Below the pieces are notes generated by a model. It was not told the origin of the DNA. It ran no database searches and worked only from the letters and a program-made list of their open reading frames with translations. From positions 25,668,001 through 25,732,000 of the forward strand of contig NC_043013.1 of assembly GCF_006345805.1 (NCBI RefSeq): a DNA stretch of 64,000 nucleotides. The letters run 5' to 3'. Source of the stretch: Octopus sinensis. Its lineage: Eukaryota. Of this stretch, positions 12,201 through 27,000 are shown in pieces (position 1 is the first letter of the stretch; each line of letters starts with the position of its first letter). A program made the position numbers and the translations under genes.

Positions 12201-15200
12201 ATTCTTTTACTTGTTTCAGTCATTTGACTCCGGGCCATGCTGGAGCATCGCCTTTAGTCAAACAAACCGACCCCAGGACTTATTCTATCAGTCTTTTTTG
12301 CTGAACCGCTAAGTTACAGGAACATAAACACACCAACATTGGTTGTCAAGCGATGAGGGGGGGGGGGGCGCAACAGACACAAACACACACATATATGACG
12401 GGTTCCTTTCAGTTTCCATCTACCAAATCCACTCACAAGGCTTTGGTCGATCCGAGGCTATAGTAGAAGACACTTGCCCAAGGTGGCATGCTGTGGGACC
12501 GAACCCAGAACCATGTAGTTGGGAAACAAGCCACTTACCACACAGCCACTCCTGCGCCTATTGGAAAAAATAGCTTGTAGTTTTTAGTTACTTCCCATAC
12601 ATTCTGAGTTCGAATCCCTGAAAGGTCAACTTTACCTTTCATCCTTCCAAGGTCAATAAATTAAAAGCAGCAACCAGTTATTGGTATTGACCAATCTATT
12701 CGGTCTTCCTGAAATAATGTGTTGCCAATGTTGGAAATTATGATGTTAGTATTATCCCACTAATCCCACATGGTGGAGAAAAACTTGCAGTAGAGAGGAA
12801 GATAGGGCAAGACTACTTCCAGATTACTGCAAGTAACGTTCGAGAAGGTCAGAACTGTGGCTGATGAGAAACATAAACAAAGGAAAGACTTGTTGTTGTG
12901 ACCCCTGTCCATCTGACCAAGCTTTTACATATTTACTGCAAGAGCGTCACAGCCCGTTTGAGGATTGGTTTACATTGCCACTCAAGGGCTTGCCATTCTT
13001 CCTCATAATCTTCAGACATGAAGGACCATCATCCTCATCATCCCACTTGAGGGAGGAGAAGACAACCAAGAGTGAACATCACCACACAAAAGACATAATA
13101 CTTTTGATTCACTACTTTGTCAGAGAAGGAAGGGTAACACCCACTAGAACTTTTTTACAGGGCAATGGAAAGGGGTGGAGAGATAGAGAGGAAGTCATCT
13201 GTAAACTGGAGACCTGGCCTGAATGTTTGTTATAGAATGGACCCTGTTAGACATACCACAAATGATGGTGGTGTTATTTTATTTTTTTTCAGTTCTCTGC
13301 AGGAAGGAGCAATGCCAGTGGCGCTTTTTACCTTGTTTCAGTCATTAGGCAGTGGCCATGCTGGGGCACTGTCTTGAATAATTTTTAGTCGAATGAATTG
13401 ACTCCAGTACTTTTTAAACCTGAAACTTATTCTATCTTTTACTGAACTGCTAAGTTATGGGGATGTAAACACACCAACACAGTATCTGTCTATGTCTCTC
13501 ACCACTGTTTGATGACCAAAGGCACACGTGTGTGTGTGTGTATGTATGACCTATGTGATGCTGTTAATGATGCTCTTGAATTATTACAAGTCAACAGGAG
13601 GGGGCACAAGACAAGAGTAGAGAAGTTTCCAGGGGGATACGATGCCTTGGGAAGGAAGGAGCAAGTACAGTGGTTACTGCAGGGTCAGGACAGGGAGTGG
13701 GGACAGACAAGGGGGTTGAGAATGCTTGGGTAGAGTTGGTATAAACCTAGCCAACCTTGAGGAGTGGAGGCCATTGTTCTTGAGCAAAACACTTCGTTCC
13801 CCCTTTGCTCCATCCTACTCAACTGTAAACAAGTTGTAGCAGTAGTTGGGAAGTTAACTCTGCAATGGACTGTCATCCCATCCAGGGGTGGGGAGTGTTG
13901 TAATCTTAGCAGCCACTTATAAATGCCATGGAAGCCAGCTTAAACTCTGGCCTTATGAAAAGAAGAAAAAAGTTTCACTCATAAAGCACTTTGATTGACC
14001 TAAGACTAGTTTCATCAGTCATTGTCTTAAGTTCTAAACTGACTAGAATCAATGCTAAATGGTGTTGATTCAAGCAAATACAAACCACTCCCTCTTCTAC
14101 TCTCTACAGAAATTGGTCACCTCTCATCATCATCGTTGTCACTGTCATCATTTAATGTCCATTTTCCATGCTGGCTGGCATGAGTTCGAAGGTATAACAG
14201 GAGGTGGCCAGCTGGAGAGCTGTGCCAGACCCCACTGCCTGCCCTTCCTAATGCCAAACACTTTACAGAGTGAACTGGGAGCTTTTTATGTGGCATCAGT
14301 ACTGACAGGACCAGCAAGTACCTTGCAAAATAGATTCCTCAACTGGGAAGGGGTGGGGAAGGGTTTTGTGCCAGGTGATGAGAGATTAAAAGTATAGAGA
14401 GATAGAGATAGGTGTCTTGCTACAGAAGAGATACATGGATGCTCCAGCTGGGGAAGAGAGGAGAGTGAAAAAATAGATTTAATATCATCTCACCTTCAGC
14501 AGTAAGAGAGTTCCCATAGAGAAAGGATGGAACACCGTAAGGAAACAATAAACTGAAGCAGGATCAAAGCTGAAAAGAAAGAGAGAAAAAAGAAAGAACA
14601 AAAATAAGACTTTGGTAGTTGGAAGATTGACCGGAAGAAATGCGACTGGGGATTGACTGGAGGAAATGCGACTGGGGACTGACTGGAGGAAATGCGACTG
14701 GGGACTGACTGGAGGAAATGCGACTGGGGACTGATTGGAGGAAATGCGACTGGGGATTGACTGGAGGAAATGCGACTGGGGATTGACTGGAAGAAATGCG
14801 ACTGGGGATTGACTGGAGGAAATGTGACTGGGGATTGACTGGAGGAAACGTGACTGGAAGAAATGTGACTGGAGATTGACTGGAGGAAATGCGACTGGGG
14901 ATTGATTGAAAGAAATGCGACTGGAGATTGACTGGAGGAAACGTGACTGGAGATTGACTGGGGATTGACTGGAGGAAATGCGATTGGGGATTGACTGGAG
15001 GAAATGCGACTGGGGATTGACTGGAGGAAATGCGACTGGGGATTGTCTGGAGGAAATGCGACTGAGGATTGACTGGAGGAAATGCGATTGGGGATTGGCT
15101 GGAGACTGACTGGAGGAAACGTGACTAGAAGAAATGTGACTGGAGATTGACTGGAAAAAATGTAACTGGAGATTGACTGGAAGAAATGTTACTGGAGATT

Positions 15201-17966
15201 GATTAGAATAAATGTGACAGAAGATTGATTGGAATAAATGTTAATGAAGAGAGAGAGAAGCATTAGAAATAGCATCTTCTTAATGAAATTCAGCCACAGA
15301 AGGACGTTAGATGTGTGGTTGAGTACAGGAGGGAATTTCAAGACCCACAAGTGAAGCTGCATTCAAATATCAGTTCATCGACTCAGACCCTGGGTGGATT
15401 TGCACTTTAAGTATTTACTTTTAATTCTCTCTTTTCTAAGTCAGTTGTTGCAACGTTCCTACCATTTCTGTCATGCCACCACACATTTACTGATGCTACC
15501 ACTGCTCTTTCTCCTCCTTGTTGTTGATGCCTACTGCTCAATATTCAGAAGAATAATTATTTCTAAGTGTGGATGAAATTTATATTTGGCCTTTAACTCT
15601 CTTGTCCACCCATACATTTATCACCATCATCATATTTGATGCCTTTTCTATGCTGGTGGCATGGGTGGATTGGTTTAACAGGATATGATGAGTCAATGTC
15701 CACTTTAATGTGGTTTTGTATGGCTGAATGCCCTTCCTAACACCAACTGCTTTAGAGTGTTTTGGGTGCTTTTTATGTTGCACCAGCACCAACAGGGTCA
15801 TCAAGGACCTTGCAAGACAAAACCCTCTCAACTGGGAAGGAGGGGGAGTAGTATTGAGGGGGTATGCCTTTGTTAAAGGAATGGAGAAACAGACGTAGGT
15901 GTCTTGCTGTAGATACATGGAGACCTCAGTTGGAAAAGAGAGGAGTTAGAGAGTAAGATAAAGAGAGCAACAGTGAGGGAGAGATGGAGAGGAAGAGAGA
16001 GAGAGCGAGAGGATGGTGAAAGTGTGTTGGAACATGCACTTGAGAGACATGGGGCAGGAGGTGAGAATAGGTGAAGAGATAGAAAGGCTTGGGCAACATG
16101 AGTGACTGTGGCAAATTGTGGAAGGAAATATATAAGATTCTTTATAGTGTAGAATCCTAAAGAATGTGAACACACAACCATTCTTACAAAACTTTAAAAA
16201 AAGGCAAGAAATTTCATTACAAGACATTTAATATGGAATAACGAATGGCCATGGACATTAAGAAGTTAAAACAATGTTCTGGAAAGAAATAGCCCCTGCA
16301 CAAGAAGCATAAAATAAAAAAGGGTGAATAAGCTTACCTGTTTATACTGGCAATGTTACCTGTTCCAAAAAATGCTGTATACATGAAAAATATCTGAAGA
16401 AATTAAGAAATCATAACCAAGATATGGCAATATGGTTGGTTGTATAAGTTACTGTCTTGTGAATTAGTGATGGGAATTGAAAAGACATAAATATTTCTTT
16501 ACTATAAGAACCAATGCCTCTAGACAAGTAGTTCTTAACTGCAGATCCCAGGGCCGCATGTGGCCCTTGAACATCCTTCTGGCAGCCCCCAACAGGTTTC
16601 CCTCTATAAATATAAGATTTTTCTTTAATTGACTCATGTTTTACTTTTTTGGTATGAGCCTCTAAAAAAAAAAAATCCAGGTTTTGGATCTGGTCTGGAT
16701 ATTTGAGAACCCCTGCTCTAGATGGTCTCTCAATCTGCTAGAAATAGTTGTCTAATCTCCCTCAAATTGTGAGTCATTGTGTATACCCTCTCACTATCAA
16801 TTGAAAACCAGTGTTGGTTTGTTTATGTTCCCATATCTTTGCAGTTTGGCAAAACGAGACCCAATGAATAAGTACTGGACTTTAAAACAATAAGTTCTGG
16901 GGTCAATTTATTTGACTAAACCCTTCAAGGTGATGCTCCAACATGGCCACAGTCCAGTGACTGAAAGAAGATATAAGACAAAACAAATGAGAAAAGATAC
17001 AAAAAAATAGGCCCTTCGGGTGTCTTCTTTTGAAATTCGAATGTAATTGTTCTCTTCTTGGAGTTCAGAGCCAAAATGTAATGTTCTCACCTGAAAAGAT
17101 TTAAAAATTTTAAAAACTTGTAGAGGAAAAACAAAATATTAAAAGAAAAAAGGAAAACAAAATAAAAAAAGAAAAACCAGAAAAGGAATAAAAAATTTAA
17201 TCCTGATTAGAGTAAAAATTAGAGCAAAAAATTTAGTTTTCTTTGCTAGTTTATACAATAAAAGACTGTAAAATAGATATTTTCTAAATATAAGAAGGCT
17301 ATTTTAATTTATGTTCAAAAAGTCCATTCTGCTGAGTGGTTGGTGTTAGGAAGGGCATCTACCTGTAAAAATCTTGCCAAAACAGTTACAAAACTCTGGT
17401 GTATGCTTCTGCCTGGCTGGCTCTTGCCTGGTGCAGGCTTCTGCCTGGCTGTCTCAGCATGGAGGGCAGATATTAAACAGTGATGATGAGGAGGATATAT
17501 TTATAAGGAGAAACACAGATCTACCCACAAAATGTATGTGTGTATCATCATCGTTTAATGTCTGTTTTCCATGCTGGCATGGATTGCATGGTTCGACTGG
17601 GGTCTGGAAAGCCAGGAGGCTGCACCAAACTGGATGCCCTTCCTAACGCCAACCACTCCGAGAGTGTAGCGGGTGCTTTCTATGTGCCAACAGCATGGGA
17701 GCCAGTCAAGGTGGTGCTGGCATTGGCCATGTTTGGATGGTGATTTTTACGTGCCACCAGCACAGAAGCCAGTCAGGGCAAGGGAGCTGGCATCGACCAC
17801 ATTCGGATGGTGCTTTTTACATGCCACCAGCATGGGGACCACAACTACAATTTCCATTTGATGTTGATGTACTCGACTCAATAGGTCTCCTCAAGCACGG
17901 CATGTTGCCCTACGATCCAAGGGTACTTTTGAGTTGGCTGGTTATGTGACACTGGTGTAGGTACAG

Positions 17967-18005
<39 letters not shown>

Positions 18006-21000
18006 CACACACACATGCATGCTATACTGGTGCCACATAAAATGCATCCAGTACACTCTGCAAAGTGGTTGGCATTAGGAAAGGCATCCAGCTATAGAAA
18101 CCATGGTAAAATAGACAATTGGAGACTGGTGCAGCTCTCTGGCAGGCCAGCTCCAGTCATGGAAAATGGATGTTAAATGATGATGATGATACACACACAC
18201 ACAGAAGCTGACAGACCACCCTCTGGGTGGTTTTCTGCTAATCGTTAAAAGATGTCCAACACGAGTAAACCGAGAATAAAAATGGGTGTTGGAAGACTCT
18301 GATGTGTTAGAAAGGAGCAGTTGGACTGATCTGAACATGTGATGCATTTGGAGGATAAGATTTGGGTCAAGTGCCAAGCAATGCAAGTAGAAGAAACTTG
18401 TAGAAGATGGAAAACATGAACAATGTGGGAAGATGCACGGTGTTATCTCCTAGCTTTGAGACTGTGCTGATCATCATTGTTAACTATCCACCTTCCAGGC
18501 TGGCAGAGGTGGGATGGTTTGACAGGAGCTGGCCAGGCAGAAGCCTGCACCAAACTTCTGTGACTGTTTTGGCAGGATTTTTACAACTGGATGCCCTTCC
18601 TAACACCAATCACCCTGCAGAGTGGACAAGCACAGGAGAGGTCAGTTTTGGCAAGGTTTTTACAGCTAGATGCCCTTCTAAACACCAACCACTTTACAGT
18701 GTGGGCTGGGTGCTTTTGAGTGGCACCTGCACTGACAGGGTCAACAAGTACCTTGCATGACAGAAAAATCTTTTGAGAGGGAGGAGGAATTGGAGACAGA
18801 GAAACAGCAACATGTCTTGCTGTAGAGGGGTTACAAGGTTACCTGACCGGAGAGAGAGAGAGAAAGAGATCAGGAATGAAGACAGGAACAGGTGTGTTAC
18901 TGCAAAAGAGATGATTACCTGGCCAGTTTGAACATAAAACAGGTGGAATATCTGGGCTGCTAGACATGGCTAGTTCAAATGCTAGACTGTTAAGGAATAA
19001 GTGTGAAATATCTGAAGCAATACTTACATCATCCAGTTGGAAGTGCAGTGAAGGGGTGACAATACTTTCCAGCCACACCCAGAAGAAAAGTGAACAACAA
19101 AAAGAAAGAATGAAAAGACATTCGTGACTGGAAAGAGTTAAGGAGACTTTTACATTGGTTTTCAAATTTTGGCACAAGGCCAGCAAGTTCGAAGGGAAGG
19201 GATAAGTCAATTACGTGAGCCTGTGTTCAACTGGTCTTTATTTTATCAATCCTGAATGGTTGAAAGGCTAAATCGACCTTGGTGAAATTTGAACTCAGAA
19301 TGTAGTAAAGACAAATGAAATGTTGCTAAGCATTGTGTGCAGCATGCTAACGGTTCTGCCAGCTGGTCACCTTGGGAGAGTTTTACATTAAGAAGACATC
19401 TAACAATTGGGTTTATCTAATGCTTATGAAGCTGATGTTAACCCATTGCCTGCCATGAGCCCCATTTAGGGATCTGCTAAAAACAGTCTCACTTCCGGTT
19501 GTTTTTTGATTTTTTTTTTTGATTTTTCCAGTTTCAGCTAATGAGCTGTGGCCATGCTGGGGCACCACCATTTAGTTTGTTGTATTTAAAGTGAATTGCT
19601 TATGCACATTGCATTTGCAGAGGTGTGTTTAACAATATTTAGTTGTTAAAGTTTGTCATTATTAGCTCTGGCTAATCTAGAGGACATTTTAGGTCATAAA
19701 TCGCAATTTTTGAACCACAAAAATATTGTATTGACTGTTATGAAAACGTTTTCTTTTTTTCATACACATTCGCATTTGATACTATAGTTTCAAAAAAATT
19801 AAAATGTTTATTATTGCAATTGAATAGAAAAGGATAAATGTGCTTTTTTCTAGCAATCCCCATTTGGAATTAGACTCTGAACAGCTTAAAGGGTTTCTAT
19901 TTGGTGCTATTTCTTTTCTTAATTCAAAGTTCATTTCCAAAATTTTGTTTACATTGATCTTAAATTCATTGCTTTATCATTTTGTATCAATTTTTATTTT
20001 ATATCCTGCAATATTTTATGAGCAGTAGTGTTGTTGGTTATAAGCTTCTGGCAGGAGCCAGTCTTTGGCAGTGGCCAATCTCTACTTCACTGCAATTCCA
20101 ATGGCAAGAATTACAAAACAAGGTGCCATGCAGTGGGACTGAACCCAAAACCTGCATCTATTACATATTGTTTTTTCTCTTTTACTTATTTCAGTCATTT
20201 GACTGTGGCTATGCAGGAGCACCACCTTTTCACTGTAAGCCCAGTACTTCTATCAGTCTCTTTTACATATACACACACGTGTGTGTGCATGTACACACAC
20301 ACACATGCACCACGACGGGCTTCTTTCAGTTTCCACCTACCAAATCCACTCACAAGGCTTTTGTTGGCCTGAGGATGTAGCAGAAGACACTTGCCCAAGG
20401 TGCCACGCAGTAGGATCGAACCCGGAACTGTGTGGTTGGGAAGCAAGCTTCTTACCATACAGCCACGCCTGCATCTATTATATATACATGTATGTTTTAG
20501 TAAAGCCCCCAATCCGCATCAGGACAATTACCCCTAGGACAATAACCTTCCCCCCCCAAATATATTAAGAAGTTTTAAATCATCATCTGTTGCCTCAGGG
20601 GCAATTGTCCTTGCAGGGTTATTGGGGGGTAAATGTCCAAGACTCGCCCAATCATAACATTAGAAATATGGTGACAAAAGAGTTAATTGAAAAGGATACG
20701 ATGTGCTCATCAATGTATATAATGTGTACAAGGATAGGAGGATGGAGTGAAGACGCTCAATAACAAGCTGGCTGCTGAAGAGTGGCAAAACAAATGTGGA
20801 ACCTTTCAAAGACAAAACAAAGAAGCATGGTGAATTAATAGCGTCAAATGGTAAACTTGTAATTAGTGTTTTAAATAATGAATACATATCTCGTTAATTA
20901 AAGTACAAAGTGACTATGAACTAATTATGCAAAATCTTTATTAAAAATACAGTAAACATGACATGTCTGGTATTTTCTTACCTAAAAATTGTTGCTTATA

Positions 21001-24000
21001 ATAATGTCTAATATATTCTTTTCTACTTTAAGCACAAAGCCCAAAATTTTGGGGGAGGGGGCCAATCGATTAGATTGACCTCAGTATGCAATTGGTACTT
21101 AATTTATCAACCCCGAAAGGTTGAAAGGCAAAGTCAACTTCAGAGGAATTTGAACTTAGAGCGTAAAGACAGATGAAATACCGCCAAGCATTTTGCCTGG
21201 CGTGTTAACGTTTCTGCCAGCTCACCACCTTAATGTCTAATGTATTGTTAAGTTAAAGAGAGGGAGCACGAAGCAGTGACAAGTGAAACTGTAATGCTAT
21301 TATCAGTCTGAATATGCTTGATTCATGTTTGAAATGGGGAATAAGTTACTTACCGCATTTTGTCAAAGAGAATATATCTCGCTTGTTGACAAATGGTGTA
21401 TATATGTAAAAAGTATCATTCGAGTGTGGTCGATGCCAGTGCCACCTGACTGGCCCCCGTGCCAGTGGCAAGTAAAAAGCACTCACTACACTCTCAGAGT
21501 GGTTGGCATTAGGAAGGGCATCCAATTATAGAAACCAGATCAGATTGGAGCAAGGTGTAGCTTCCTGGTTTGCCACTCCTCAGTCAAACTGCCCAACCCA
21601 TGCCAGCTTGGAAAGCAGATGTTAAATGATGATGATGACAACACCTAGATCAGCCTGCAGCACTACCTACCTACACTGTGAGATGTTAACATTTCAGAGT
21701 AATTGTCTCCTCATTGGTCACTAAGCAGATGGCACTGCGAGCTGAATTAAGAGATTACCTCTCTTATACTTTACTTAAGGTGAGCTGCTGTATAGTGCTG
21801 CCAGCAACCATACGATGACTGGAAAAGCATAAAAGAGGTTATCTCTTAATTCAGCTTGCAGTGCTGTCTCCTCAGTAGATATATTCTCTGTGGCAAAATA
21901 CAATGACTAGCTTGTTACCCAGTTCAAATGTGCCTCAATCATGTTCAGACTGATAATAACATTGCAATCTTGTTAAGTATCCTGTTATAATGATTTCAAA
22001 TTTTTACCACAAGGCAGCTTGGGGGAGGTGGGGATGAGTCGATTACATCAACCCCAGTATTCAACTGGTACTTATTTTATCAACCCCGAAAGGATGAAAG
22101 GCAAAGTCGGCCTCAGTGGAATTAGAACTCAGAATGTAGTGACGGGCAAAATGCCACTAAGCATTTCATCCACCATGCTAACGATTCTGCCAGCTCGCTG
22201 CCTTAGTGTCCAGTTATAATGATTTCGTTTTTTGTTGTAATTATTTCAAGTAATTAGCACAAGGCTACAGATTTGTAGAAGCATGTGGTTGTCTAAATCT
22301 ACCCCCAGTGCATAACTGGTTAATTAGTTAACTAGTTCAAGAGAATTTGCTGTGTCAATGTGTCACTGCATCTACCATTTGTTAGTGATTCCCTACTCCG
22401 CTTGGGCGATGATGCCTCTGTAACACACAGACAACTGTACCCCAACCTATGAGTCAGCTTGGGTAGTTATTGTTGGTGAGGGTTTTATGAAGTCAGAGAG
22501 CAAATCCTACATTATCTTTTAGTCACCTTTTATGACATGTAGAGGAAATATCGAGTCTATTCTTTGACATGCCACTCCCCACTCAGTACTAGAGCAATAT
22601 AAAATAAAGTATTTTGTTCAAGAACACAACACACTACCTAGTATGGGAATCGAATCTACAACTTGGCCATCATATGTGCAACACCCTAACCACTAGGCCA
22701 CATGCCTTCCCTAGTTAACTCATTGATGAATATTAACAAAAGTCAGTGAAACAGAACCAGTGTGTGTGTTGTTATTGGCAATATGACCCTCCCAAAACAC
22801 AAATGACATCTGCTTCAACACATGATTTTACAAGAATTTTGTAAAAATAAAATAGATATATATTTTTTTCTTACCTAATAATAGCCAACTTATGCATTGG
22901 TTAATTGGTTGTAATCCTTGATTAACTGCAAGATTATTAGCAGTTGAATGCACAATATAGACAGCTAATCCAATTAAGAAAACCTTCAAAAGAAATACAA
23001 AGAAAACATCATTAATTTAATGAATGTCTAAAATAAATATTTTAATTATATACTCAAATGTAGATTTTTAAAGACAATTTTAGGGGGGCAGTACTCGTTT
23101 CATAGATATTTAACTCCATCAAGATGAAATATGATAATTTTTTTCTAAAATTAGAGCTAATCTTTACTCACAAATACAAAGGTAGTCTTCCATCGTATAA
23201 CACTGTTATACTCCACTGAGTGGAGTATAACATTATAAGGTAACACATCATTGAGTGAAGCTTAACATTTAACACAACCGAGTGGGGTATAACATTGTAA
23301 GGTAATACATCACTAAGTGGAGTATGACACTGTATGGTAGATTACTGAGTGGAGTATAACTTGTAAGGTAACATCTTTGAGTGGAATATAATACTGTAAG
23401 ATAACAACTCTGAATGAAGAGAAAACACTCAACACAACAGTCTGAAGTTTAAGTGTAAGATATTACCTTTGAAAGGGGGAATAAAAATACTTGTTTAATC
23501 GCAAGTCAACCTTGACTTCCAGCTAACTCATGATCAAAGTTATTCCAACTGTGACCACCCACTTTCCTTATGAGTATGTAGGACAATTTTGATGTCTCTT
23601 CCATATTTAAGACAGTCGAGTGTGGTTTGAGGGAAATGTGGCTGTGACTTCCAGCAGGTCAAATGACATGGAAGCTCCCTTGTTATAGAATTGGTAGATT
23701 AGGGATGGTGACTGTTGCAACATTAGACTCTACTCCACCTCATGGAAGACCAATACACACACACACCTTTTGTTTCTGTTATTACTACAAATCATCCCCA
23801 TTATCACTTTCACTTCTATAAAGTATCACTCATCAATCTTCAGTCAACCTCACTGTCGCGAAACTGTATAAGCATTAAATGAAGTCACACTGCTGCCAAG
23901 ATCAGTGTTTCTAATTAACTAAAACTGAGCTAAAGTAGATTCTATGTTCTTACAGCTCATTATTCATCATCATCATCGTTGTTTAACGTCCACTTTCCAT

Positions 24001-27000
24001 GCTGGCATGGGTTGGACGGTTTGACTGAGGACTAGCGAGCCAGAAGGCTGCACCAGGCTCCAATCTGATCTGGCAAAGTTTCTACAGGTGGAATCCCTTC
24101 CTAATGCCAACCACTCTGAGAGTGTAGTGGGTGCTTTTACATGCCACTGGCACAAGGGCCAGTCAGGCAGTACTGGCAACAACCACGCTCAAAAGGTGTT
24201 TTTTATGTGCTACCTGCACAGGAGCCAGTCCAGCGGCACTGGCAATGACCACGCTCAAATGTTGTTTTTCACGTGCCACCAGCACATGTGCCAGTAAGGC
24301 AATGTTGGCAATGATCACGCTTGAATGGTGCTTTTTATGTACCACTGGCACGAGAGCCAGTCAGCGGCCCAGGCAAAGATCAATTTCTGATTCCAATCAA
24401 TGGTTACCTGGAAAAGTCCAAACTTCCTTGTTTTCATTAAAGACTCTCTTGGAAACATTCTACAAAATATAAATATAAGAGTATCAATTCTATATTTAAG
24501 AGATGAGCAATTATGTACATTACTTAATTTACATTATTTACATTTGACGGATATTTGTCCTCATCTTACTTTAAATATAACAAAGAATTTAGTAAAATAA
24601 CTTAGTTATCATTAAGCTAGTGTTAGGAACATAAATTGTGACTAAGGTTTGGTGGAAGATTTTAATTCAGAACTTTTGAAAACAAGACATTTGTATTCAG
24701 AGCCAGAAGTGGTTTCAGCCAGGTTGGTATTGAAAGGGTTAAGCAACTGTTCTGACTGTTCTTGTATAACCCGTCTACCTAGTTAGCTCTGATTCAGCAG
24801 ACCTATGATAAATGAGTTTCCAGCCATGACCATTCTGTCTTTTGTCTAGGCATAATATATCAAAGACAACACTATTTAATGTTTACTTCTTTATTTTAAA
24901 GGCAGTAATGTGTTATTTGAGCTACTATTTTTAGCAGATCAAGTAACCATGTAGAAACACCATCATTGGTACAATGATCATTTTGTTGTTATTTAGTTCC
25001 TTGAAGATGGTAATCTGGCAGAACTGTTAGCATGCCAGAGAAAATGCTTAGCAAGATTTCTTCTAGTTTTCCATTCTGAGTTGAAATTCTAATGAGGTTG
25101 CCTTTAACTCCTTTCATTGTTGTTGAAATAACGAACCAGTCATTAAATATAGGGATTGATGTAACTGACTCCCACCACCTCGAAAATTGCTGAACTTGTG
25201 TCAAAATTTGAAACCAGTATTTTTTAGTTCTTTGTCAATAATGATGGCATAGATCTATGACCAAAGCAATCCAACTATGACCATCTAGTTTTTTGATTCT
25301 GGACACTACATTCAGGGCTACATTATCCTTAATGACCTTCTTTTGTAAAGCATGGAACAGTTTAACTCTTTCATTAACATATTTCTCATGAAATACACCA
25401 CCTGTGTATTGAAAATAATTAAGAATTTCAATGTATTTCATGAAATAACTAATGTTTTTGGTGTTTGAGTTTAACTTGAAAAAATATTCTTTGTTAAAAT
25501 TAAATTAAATTTAAATTAAACACATCCATCACAATTTTAATAAGTAAATGGTATGTAGTAGTTGTTTCTAGCAAACTGATCAACCACATACAGGCTCCCT
25601 CAATGCTTCACTATTCTCATTGTGAATAAAGTAGGAGCAGTACTGAAGATTTAGTATTTCAATCAGTATATTTGGACTGTGTGAGCTTGACAAAGCCCAT
25701 TCCTCATCTACAAGCTATACTTATGGTAACTATTCCTAACAGTTCAAGTGACCACACAGAGACTTCCCTTGTTGGTTTGCCATTTGGTACACTGTTCACT
25801 CAGCCAGCTATGTCCCCAAAACACCAAAACACAAAAACAGAAAACAGACTTACTTATGTAGACTGTATGACCCCAAGAAAATAGCTATAACTCCAGCTGC
25901 TACCCTGAAATATTCAAATTGAAGACAATGCAAACAGTAATGTCTGGAATATCATGGTGCATTTGCTTTATTCACAGTTCATACTGTCTACTAAATGCAC
26001 ATAACAAAATAGTTCTTCTAATCATGCTAATTCATATATACCTACACCCACACATCCACACGAACATATAACAATGGTTTAGAAAATTGTTGATTTGATG
26101 TCAAGAAATTTAACAAATTCTAGCAAGATTCAGAAAAATCTCCAAGCTCACTTAGTGAAGGTGAGACAAAGTCTGTAGAGGGAATGGCTTAGTCCCTTAA
26201 TCATTGTATTTCTAATGAAATTCAGCATCTTGCCATCGTTCTCTCCACTGTGTTAACATCTGTTCTTCCATGCTGCCATGGTACAGATGGAATTTGTTGG
26301 TGAAGATTTTTCTATGGCTGGATGCCCTTCCTGTCACCAACCTTCACCTGTTTCCAAGCAAGGAAATATTTCCCTATGGACTGACATATTTCTCACAGAA
26401 GACTTGAAAGGAACAACCTCACTTCTATGAAGATGACAATAATACTCATTTACAACTATCACATGATATCTAGACAAGGGTACAAACACACATACACATA
26501 TATACATATACGCAATACATGATGGGCTTCTTTCAGTTTCCTTCTTGCAAATCTACAAGCAAGGCTTTGTTTGGTCCAAGGCTATAGTAGAAGACATTTG
26601 CCCAAGGTGCCACACAGTGAGACTAAACCCAGAATCGTGACTGGGAAGCAAGCTTCTTAACCACACAGCTATGTCCCTCAGTAATGTTGTTGGGATTTTA
26701 AGTTGAATCCTAAATGGATCCCATAGGGGTGGGCTGTTTTCATTCCATTCTTCATACGAAGGTTTTTCTCCTCCTCCTCCTCCATTGTTTTCCTGCATGT
26801 GATATCACCTGAACCAGCTTATACAGCCATTAGAAACAACAACCAAATAAGTTCAACCAACACATCACACACACATAAATATATATAGTTATGTCTATTA
26901 CATACATCAGGCCATCAAACAAGAGTAAATCAGCTGGGCTTTAATAGGTTTTGGGGGCTCGTTAGTAGCAATTATAGTTATTAACAGTTTTCATCAAGAC

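Noticed and set aside
12861-12890. Other CTGATGA words (also at 27753 and 53461) as hammerhead cores
   Set aside because: No stem II followed by GAAA and no flanking stem I; expected by chance.
12864-13235. 123-aa plus-strand ORF in a PIGN intron
   Set aside because: No recognisable motif and no convincing splice or start context; it may be old TE debris but cannot be supported.
14625-15240. CRISPR-like periodicity (also 57030-57330 and 23204-23405)
   Set aside because: Units are contiguous with no unique spacers, the context is eukaryotic and no cas genes are present.
25337-25401. Possible PIGN exon (cag|GT GGT GTA...AAG AAG|GTC)
   Set aside because: It needs a phase-1 start but the upstream donor is phase 2; the 52-nt exon at 24408-24459 fits instead.
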